A stretch of DNA of 64,000 nucleotides from a virus (taxonomy: Duplodnaviria; Caudoviricetes). The translations under genes were made by a program, and so were the position numbers. Positions 57,713 through 64,000 of the stretch are shown piece by piece. The notes below the pieces were generated by a model. It searched no databases. It was given only the letters and a program-made list of their open reading frames with translations, and was not told the DNA's origin. The DNA lies in the IMG/VR virus record IMGVR_UViG_3300002026_000014, positions 16,724 to 80,723 of that record. One strand, given 5' to 3'. Position 1 is the first letter of the stretch. Each line of letters starts with the position of its first letter.

Positions 57713-57780
57713 AATAAACCTTTCGCAGCTGTGCTGCATGTGATAAAACAATTGATTAGATATATTCCTATACTAATTCA

Positions 57781-57815
57781 ATTTAGTCATATGTGACTGA
57801 AAAAATCTGGAATAC
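57781..57815 (-). promoter_or_regulatory. Bipartite promoter-like motif copy
   Basis: Minus strand ATTCCAGA-TTTTTTCAGT-CACATATGAC. Confidence 0.65.
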
Positions 57816-57821
57816 GTTTTT

Positions 57822-59276
57822 TTAAATGAATCTGCTGTTACTATACATTCCACCAAATATACCTGAATCATCTACAGTCTCTATAACAGTCACATATCTA
57901 AACATCTTTTCTGATTCCATCCATGTAACTACAGTAACAGAAGGTTTTAACTTCTCCATACGTTTAAGATAATTTCTTTCCGGTAAATCAACACCCAAAC
58001 AGAGATCAATTTCAGACTGACCAATTGAATCGTTATCCGAATAATTGACATTAGTTTTAAAAGATGTAAAGCCTGTTATGTATTCTGGTTTTAATTTATA
58101 TTCACCTTTATCATCAATGTCAAAAATAATACCAGTTATATCTGTTGTAATTAAACATGGATCATTCTTACCTTGATATGCTTTTAAAATACCTTTAAGA
58201 ATATTGACTTGCTCAATTGCTCTCATAGCTAAACGAGGGGGTCTAAGTTCCCTTGATACAGGTTCGCTATCTATAAAGTACATATCTAATTTATCTTTGT
58301 AGGGTGTATAAAAACACACATCTCCATATGTCATTATATCTTTATATGTATTTGGTTCAAATACCTTATCAAGTCTAGCCATGATAATGACATCTAAACA
58401 ACCAGCTAATTTGACTTGTTTGTTTCGCATCAATTCAATTGCTGGCTCAGGTGTTTTAAGCATTATATAACTGTAACATCCATCAGCTGTTCTCTTACCT
58501 AAGAGGTCATCGTCTTTACCGTGATCACCTAGAAAATATTCACCTGGCACAATGCCTTCAGGTCTAGTTGTGAAGTATATTCTTTTTTGTGTGATAAATG
58601 GATTTTTATCTACAGTGTTACTCCAATACCCATCTGCTTTTTCAGAATTGATCTCTGTGCGTATATTACCTTCTTTGGAATGCAATACACCTATTGTAGC
58701 TAATTTATCTGCTAACTGGTTACCTAGATGAGTAGAATGTCCTTTGACCCATTTGAATGTAACATCAGTACCTGCGCTTTTAAGCTTATCAAGATTATTA
58801 TCTAATACCTGCCACCATGATTGATTTGCTACTGGTTGACCATCTGTTTTAATCCAATTATTCTTTTTCCAAGAGGTTAGCCAAGATGTTGCACCTTTTA
58901 CTACCATTTCAGAATCTGTGAATATTGTGATATATTTTAGATTATTATTAATTGCAAAATCTAATGCAGATGTAGCACCCGCAAGTTCAGCCACATTGTT
59001 CGTGGTAGGCTCATTAAAGCTGCTGTAACCATTGATATACTGTAATGGTTTTACTTCAGTTAAATTAGCTTTATCTTTGACATCTATTTTTGGAATGTAG
59101 CCTGAGTTAGTTAAATACTGTGTAGTATTACCACTACCTTTGGTTGACTTTTGATCACTGTAAGTATAACCATGTATGCCGTAGCCGCCAAAATTTGCTC
59201 TAGAGCCACCATCGGTATACATAATAGCACCAACTGCAACATCCACAGGTTTTTCTATTTTTACTTTAGTGACCAT
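57822..59276 (-). CDS. rnhA: Ribonuclease HI with long C-terminal extension (phiKZ gp155-like)
   Basis: YTDGG, TNNVAEL, FTDSE, WKKNNW, WVKGHS..GNQLADKLA. Confidence 0.9.
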   Translation of the reverse strand: MVTKVKIEKPVDVAVGAIMYTDGGSRANFGGYGIHGYTYSDQKSTKGSGNTTQYLTNSGYIPKIDVKDKANLTEVKPLQYINGYSSFNEPTTNNVAELAGATSALDFAINNNLKYITIFTDSEMVVKGATSWLTSWKKNNWIKTDGQPVANQSWWQVLDNNLDKLKSAGTDVTFKWVKGHSTHLGNQLADKLATIGVLHSKEGNIRTEINSEKADGYWSNTVDKNPFITQKRIYFTTRPEGIVPGEYFLGDHGKDDDLLGKRTADGCYSYIMLKTPEPAIELMRNKQVKLAGCLDVIIMARLDKVFEPNTYKDIMTYGDVCFYTPYKDKLDMYFIDSEPVSRELRPPRLAMRAIEQVNILKGILKAYQGKNDPCLITTDITGIIFDIDDKGEYKLKPEYITGFTSFKTNVNYSDNDSIGQSEIDLCLGVDLPERNYLKRMEKLKPSVTVVTWMESEKMFRYVTVIETVDDSGIFGGMYSNSRFI

Positions 59277-59379
59277 TAGTTTTGACCTTAAAATTTGGTT
59301 GAGACATTATATTGTTAAATGCTATCATTTAATCGGATGTGCATTTTATGATAGACTATACACTTTAAAAGGATAACAG

Positions 59380-60180
59380 ATGTACCAATTCAAAGGTTTC
59401 GTTGAAATAGAAACGCTCGTTAGTAATGTGACTAACGTGATATCGCCAATTGGTGAACTAAGCTCCTACTGCCAAACATTTGCTAAAGATAAAACTATCT
59501 TCACTGATCCAACTAATCGCTCAACTACAGTAATTGGTTTTTTCAGTAAATCAACAACTACTGGCGTATTAGAAGTTCCGCAAAATATTAGCACAACAGC
59601 ATTAGTGATATCTAATTGGATTTATGCTCGCCAAAATTCACTAGTGGTTAATGATACAAAAGATGCTTTTGTATCAGCATACGTAACCCAATTTTTAACC
59701 ACATGTGACGAGTTAAATTGCGGTGAATTAAAAGTGTCCAGAGACGGAAAACTATTTCCAGAATGGGTGACTTGGAAAAATAGAAATTATGCAGTAGAAG
59801 ATAATTTAAATAAAATTTGGTTTAGCGATGATAGTTTTAGACATCAATACGACGAGTATGAGATTAAGATAATCGCACCTCTTTTATCGATAGATTACTT
59901 TTTTAATGTGTCTGATTTAGTTAGAAAAGCAATAAGTAACCGAACATATACAGAAACACTCAACTATGTAGGTTTAGCCAGAGGTGATTATCCTGAGACT
60001 ATTTTATCCGCTGAAGCATTTGATTGGGTAAACCCATTTAATCCAGCTGATACAGTGTCAACAAATTGGACTTTACTTATACACGGTCCCAAAGGTAATG
60101 ACTACGACTTGATCGTCACTGCGATATATGATTACATTTTAGCTAACAGTGCTAGAACTGTAGCTGAGTGGAAAACTTGA
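59380..60180 (+). CDS. Virion structural protein, N-terminal part (phiKZ gp157-like)
   Basis: MYQFKGF, SPIGELS, IWFSDDSFRHQYDEYEI, YILANS. Confidence 0.7.
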   Translation: MYQFKGFVEIETLVSNVTNVISPIGELSSYCQTFAKDKTIFTDPTNRSTTVIGFFSKSTTTGVLEVPQNISTTALVISNWIYARQNSLVVNDTKDAFVSAYVTQFLTTCDELNCGELKVSRDGKLFPEWVTWKNRNYAVEDNLNKIWFSDDSFRHQYDEYEIKIIAPLLSIDYFFNVSDLVRKAISNRTYTETLNYVGLARGDYPETILSAEAFDWVNPFNPADTVSTNWTLLIHGPKGNDYDLIVTAIYDYILANSARTVAEWKT

Positions 60181-60620
60181 CATTACAAGCTGGCATATAT
60201 TCATCTATTGTAAATCTGTCTAAAGAATTAGATTACATGAAAAAGATATTGCCCACATATCCGCCTGAGCATATTAATAATCATGCCACTGTAATGCCTA
60301 ATCCTTATAAAAATGTTATAATGGATGTAATTGGTAGTTTTGAAAATAAAAACAATTTATTTGAAATCACACAACTCTATCCAGACATAATCGGTGTCTC
60401 GACTACGAGTAATGATTACAGTAGAATGACAGCTGCTACACAGAAGTTCATAATACTACTTTCTTTCATGTTAATTGCTGCTGAGAAAATGACTAGTTCA
60501 TCAGACGTGCCAATTGGATTTAGAAGGACGATAAGAGACGGTGTGGTGTACGCCACTTCATCACTTGACAAAGTTCAATATTTAATGGCTTGTAAGAGCA
60601 CAACACCTGACTATGTTTGA
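60168..60620 (+). CDS. Probable C-terminal part of the same structural protein
   Basis: Begins ENLTLQAGIYSS in another frame, overlapping 13 nt, without a clear SD. Confidence 0.55.
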   Translation: MENLTLQAGIYSSIVNLSKELDYMKKILPTYPPEHINNHATVMPNPYKNVIMDVIGSFENKNNLFEITQLYPDIIGVSTTSNDYSRMTAATQKFIILLSFMLIAAEKMTSSSDVPIGFRRTIRDGVVYATSSLDKVQYLMACKSTTPDYV

Positions 60621-61249
60621 AAAGAGATATAATAATGATTCAAGTACACAGTGCTATTACGATAGGTCTAGCTGGAAAATATATATTATCCAGCCCTTTT
60701 AATTTGTTAATCAATAATCAATTAAGTTACACTTGCGTAGCAATTGAATATATAGCTAATCTACATTTAAAAGGTAGTGATCCTTTTAACAATATTTATT
60801 TTCCGGTTGGTCTGACAAAAGAAAGATTTGATTCTGATTATAGTCAGAATATTCCAATATACACTTTACAATCAAGTAAAGGTGATATATTGATGATACC
60901 TGGATTAAACGTCACTAGTTTACCCGATGTAAATGGTGTTAATTATTCGAACGTTTTATTAGGTGTATCATTATCTGCTTTACCTGACGATTTTGATTTA
61001 AGCAGTGTCAAATCCGAAATATCGGATTTGGTATTCAATAAAATTGGAGTAAGGTCTGAAGTAAAGTCTATTATATTTGGAACATCCAGTGTAATAACAC
61101 AAGAGCAACACATTGCTTTAGAGTCAGCTAGAAAACAACATATCATAAACAACAAATCTAACTTGAGTAAATTGATAGATTTGGAAAGTCAAAATGTCGC
61201 TTTACTTGAAAGAGTGAAACTACTAGAGCAACATATCGCAAATTTATAA
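60617..61249 (+). CDS. Conserved structural protein with C-terminal coiled coil
   Basis: YSNVLLGVSLSALPD, ESARKQHI..., LLERVKLLEQHI; ATG 60637 may be the true start. Confidence 0.7.
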   Translation: MKRDIIMIQVHSAITIGLAGKYILSSPFNLLINNQLSYTCVAIEYIANLHLKGSDPFNNIYFPVGLTKERFDSDYSQNIPIYTLQSSKGDILMIPGLNVTSLPDVNGVNYSNVLLGVSLSALPDDFDLSSVKSEISDLVFNKIGVRSEVKSIIFGTSSVITQEQHIALESARKQHIINNKSNLSKLIDLESQNVALLERVKLLEQHIANL

Positions 61250-61258
61250 GGGTACTAA

Positions 61259-61624
61259 ATGAAAAAAATATTTGTATGCACTCTACTCTTACTAAGTTTA
61301 TTTTCTGCAAATGCAGAAACTACTTACGAAGAAGGACCTAACAACGTCAAAGTCACTGTAGTCAATTCAATATCGCCTTGGTTTATAACTAATGCGGATA
61401 ATATTGGACTAGCATTAAGTGTAACTTCCGGTAGTTGTAAGGTTGAGATTAGTTCAGATTTTCCAAAAAACTGCACTAACAATACTGCTATCCCATTTGA
61501 CTGGGATGTTGGTGCGCCGTTGACTTCTGGTCAGAAGAAATTTCTGAGTTATACTTCCGGTATCAGTTGCGTAAGAGCAAACTGTTCATCAGGAACTGGT
61601 TTATTTTTAGTTAGAAAGCATTAG
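61259..61624 (+). CDS. Secreted protein with Sec signal peptide
   Basis: MKKIFVCTLLLLSLFSANA|E (A-x-A cleavage site); four Cys in the mature part. Confidence 0.7.
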   Translation: MKKIFVCTLLLLSLFSANAETTYEEGPNNVKVTVVNSISPWFITNADNIGLALSVTSGSCKVEISSDFPKNCTNNTAIPFDWDVGAPLTSGQKKFLSYTSGISCVRANCSSGTGLFLVRKH

Positions 61625-61642
61625 CTTTATAAAGGATAAATT

Positions 61643-62380
61643 ATGGCATTAAAGTCATCAGGTATTATTTCACTTAGTGAAGTAAATACTGAGTTATCTA
61701 TAGCAGCTGCTACCGCTATTAATTTAAATCAAAGCAATGTAAGATCACTAGCTGGTAAAGCTAGTGGTTTAACCACAATGAATGATTTATATGGTAAATC
61801 AAATACACCTAAATCCATAGTTGGTTTTACAAGTGGAGGTACGGACGCACGAATTACCAGTTTTACGATACCATACCCTGCCGGTATATTAGCGGGCGAT
61901 ATGATTATCATTTGTGGTTTTGTACATGCTGCATATGCAACTGGCATAAGCGTGCCTGGTTTTACTACACAAATCAATGGTAGTAAACCCGCCAGTATGT
62001 TTGGTCATCTTATTTATAAAATGGCTGTCGGTGGTGAAACAGGAAATCTTACAGTTAGTATTACAGGTGGCGCTGATCGCGGTCAAGCACTAATGTTTGT
62101 CATTCGAGCACCTGGTACTTTGTCAGTATCTGACTACAATAGTAATACTCAGTGGCCACAGCCTATGGCATCCGGAACCAGCCAGATACTATTGGTTTTT
62201 GCAGGTACGGATAATGGCCAGAATATAGCAACAACATACGGTAACGGTTTGACATTTAATACTTCAAAAAATCAAACATATAGGCACTCGTATGCTTGGA
62301 GCGCAGTGGGTGGTTATCCGCAACAAACTAATTCTTGGCCAATCTCTAATTATTTCGGTTATGTAGTTGCTAAGGTTTAA
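61643..62380 (+). CDS. Putative tail-fibre-associated adhesin
   Basis: MALKSSGIISLSEVNTELS...MNDLYGKSN N-terminus typical of fibre-linked phage proteins; beta-rich C-terminus. Confidence 0.65.
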   Translation: MALKSSGIISLSEVNTELSIAAATAINLNQSNVRSLAGKASGLTTMNDLYGKSNTPKSIVGFTSGGTDARITSFTIPYPAGILAGDMIIICGFVHAAYATGISVPGFTTQINGSKPASMFGHLIYKMAVGGETGNLTVSITGGADRGQALMFVIRAPGTLSVSDYNSNTQWPQPMASGTSQILLVFAGTDNGQNIATTYGNGLTFNTSKNQTYRHSYAWSAVGGYPQQTNSWPISNYFGYVVAKV

Positions 62381-62434
62381 TAGAAGTGCATTTTTATTTT
62401 AATCGGTGATCATTATTTTTTAAGGATATTTATT

Positions 62435-63634
62435 ATGCCAATCACGAATTCGCCAAAACTAGGCTATTCCATTCCAGGTGCTACAATTGCTGACACACGT
62501 GTCGGCGATATCAGCGCAATTAAGTCTGCACTGTTATCACTGGATAATATCGTCGGCAGCGCCCCAGCAGCCCCAGCTAGTGCGACTACTAGCAGCGCTG
62601 GTTTGATGTCAGCAGAAGATAAAGTAAAATTAGATTCACTGCCACCTGTTTATAGTAAAACAGAAACAGATGATAGAATTCAAGCTGTGGTGGGCGCTGC
62701 TCCTGCTGCATTAGATACATTAGCAGAAATTGCTACTCAACTCACCAGTGACGGCTCAGCTGTTAGCGCATTGACTACTACTGTAGCCACTAAAGCAGCT
62801 ACTACTTATGTGGATGCTCAACTAGCTACAAAATCTAATGTAGATCATACCCATTCTTTAGCTACTGGTTCTCAAAATGGACTAATGAGTGCTACTGATA
62901 AGTCTGCACTCGACGGTTTACCAGGTCTACTTTCTATTGAACAAACGGATAGAATCAATGCAGATAATGATGAAGTAACTAATAGAGATTCTGCAATCAC
63001 TACAGCTATCGCTTCAGAAGTCACAAATAGAGATACAGCTATCGCTTCAGCTGTTACTACTCTTAAAGGTACTGCTACTACTGATGCTGATACACTCGGT
63101 AAATTACAAGGTTTAATTACTGGCACTAATTCTGGCACCAATACTGGTGATGAAACGACCACTAGTATTAAATCTAAATTAGGTATCAGTACTCTTACTG
63201 GTAGCAATACAGGTGATCAAGTATTACCTACGACGCTACCTGCATCAGACGTGTTTGCATGGGCTAAGAATGCATTGAAACCTAGCTATACAGCTGCTGA
63301 AGTGGGATTAGGTAATGTAGATAATAAATCTTCAGCTACTATTAAAAATGAAATTTTAAGCAATATTGCTTTGACTTTAATTGATACGAGCACTCTTGCT
63401 GTCGCTGGCGGCTATTATGTATTCACTGAAAGTTGCCCTTTAACGCTACCCCCATCACCCGCAAATGGTGACGTGGTTAATTTTTCTAATAAGAGCGGTA
63501 CATTGACTTGTAAGATTATTGGTAATGGTAATAAAGTTGCTGATAGTCTAGAAGATCTAGTGCTGGATACAGTGTATTCCGCTTACGGTAGAGTAGTGTT
63601 TGCAAACGCCACATTAGGTTGGATATTTATTTAA
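62435..63634 (+). CDS. Tail fibre protein
   Basis: Shared fibre N-terminus; GLMSA(E/T)DK repeats; APAALDTLAEIA; C-terminal LTLPPSPANGDVV domain. Confidence 0.82.
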   Translation: MPITNSPKLGYSIPGATIADTRVGDISAIKSALLSLDNIVGSAPAAPASATTSSAGLMSAEDKVKLDSLPPVYSKTETDDRIQAVVGAAPAALDTLAEIATQLTSDGSAVSALTTTVATKAATTYVDAQLATKSNVDHTHSLATGSQNGLMSATDKSALDGLPGLLSIEQTDRINADNDEVTNRDSAITTAIASEVTNRDTAIASAVTTLKGTATTDADTLGKLQGLITGTNSGTNTGDETTTSIKSKLGISTLTGSNTGDQVLPTTLPASDVFAWAKNALKPSYTAAEVGLGNVDNKSSATIKNEILSNIALTLIDTSTLAVAGGYYVFTESCPLTLPPSPANGDVVNFSNKSGTLTCKIIGNGNKVADSLEDLVLDTVYSAYGRVVFANATLGWIFI

Positions 63635-63672
63635 CAGATTTAATTTATATTAAATTTTAAAAAAGGTTTATT

Positions 63673-64000
63673 ATGAGTACTGTTAATCAATTTTACACAA
63701 AACCTAGAGATATACAGATAGGTGATAGTGTATATCTATCTTCAACTGATCCTACACTAACGGTAGATAATAAAACGTTTCTTAGATCTGGTGTATTAGC
63801 ACTTCCTAGTGCATATCCATTAGCTTTAACTAATGATGAAGGTGGTGTATGGACTCAGAGAGCTTTACCGGTGAGTGCTAATTGGCATTCTGTTACTTAT
63901 GGCAACGGTGTGTTTGTAGCTATAGCTTATAATAGTGCTATAGCAGCTAGTAGTCCTGACGGTATTAATTGGACTCAAAGAGCGTTACCTGTGAATACTG
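63673..64000 (+). CDS. WTQRALP-repeat propeller/fibre protein, runs off right edge (partial; not in ORF track)
   Basis: AAAAGGTTTATT-ATG; MSTVNQFYTKPRDIQIGD...WTQRALPVSANWHSVTYGNGVFVAIAYNSAIAASSPDGINWTQRALP. Confidence 0.8.
   Translation, partial: MSTVNQFYTKPRDIQIGDSVYLSSTDPTLTVDNKTFLRSGVLALPSAYPLALTNDEGGVWTQRALPVSANWHSVTYGNGVFVAIAYNSAIAASSPDGINWTQRALPVNT

Noticed and set aside
1-64000. Alternative genetic code (stop reassignment) as seen in some jumbo phages
   Set aside because: Long core ORFs are intact under the standard code and coding density is high.

Overview
64 kb of an AT-rich jumbo phage of the phiKZ-like (Chimalliviridae-type) lineage; no rRNA, tRNA, CRISPR array or transposase seen. 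The core is recognisable: gp26-28-like structural genes, tail sheath and tube, head protease (gp175-like), three virion RNA polymerase subunits (gp178-, gp180-, gp149-like), a 3177-aa gp181-like tail/ejection protein, RecA/UvsX-like recombinase and RNase H. Both ends carry outward-pointing tail-fibre/adhesin clusters that share an N-terminal module and a WTQRTLP propeller family; the left one includes a long collagen-like protein. Small, often GC-richer genes sit behind a repeated bipartite promoter-like motif. Highlights: an AcrIII-1 (DUF1874) ring-nuclease-type anti-CRISPR, two tandem stand-alone sigma-70 region-4 proteins, an internal S74 autoprotease domain in the gp181-like protein, a candidate +1 frameshift extension, a covarying 5'UTR hairpin, and a Gnt1-like glycosyltransferase with an apparent ATA start. 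phiKZ gene numbers are from recalled similarity and gene order, not from a database search.
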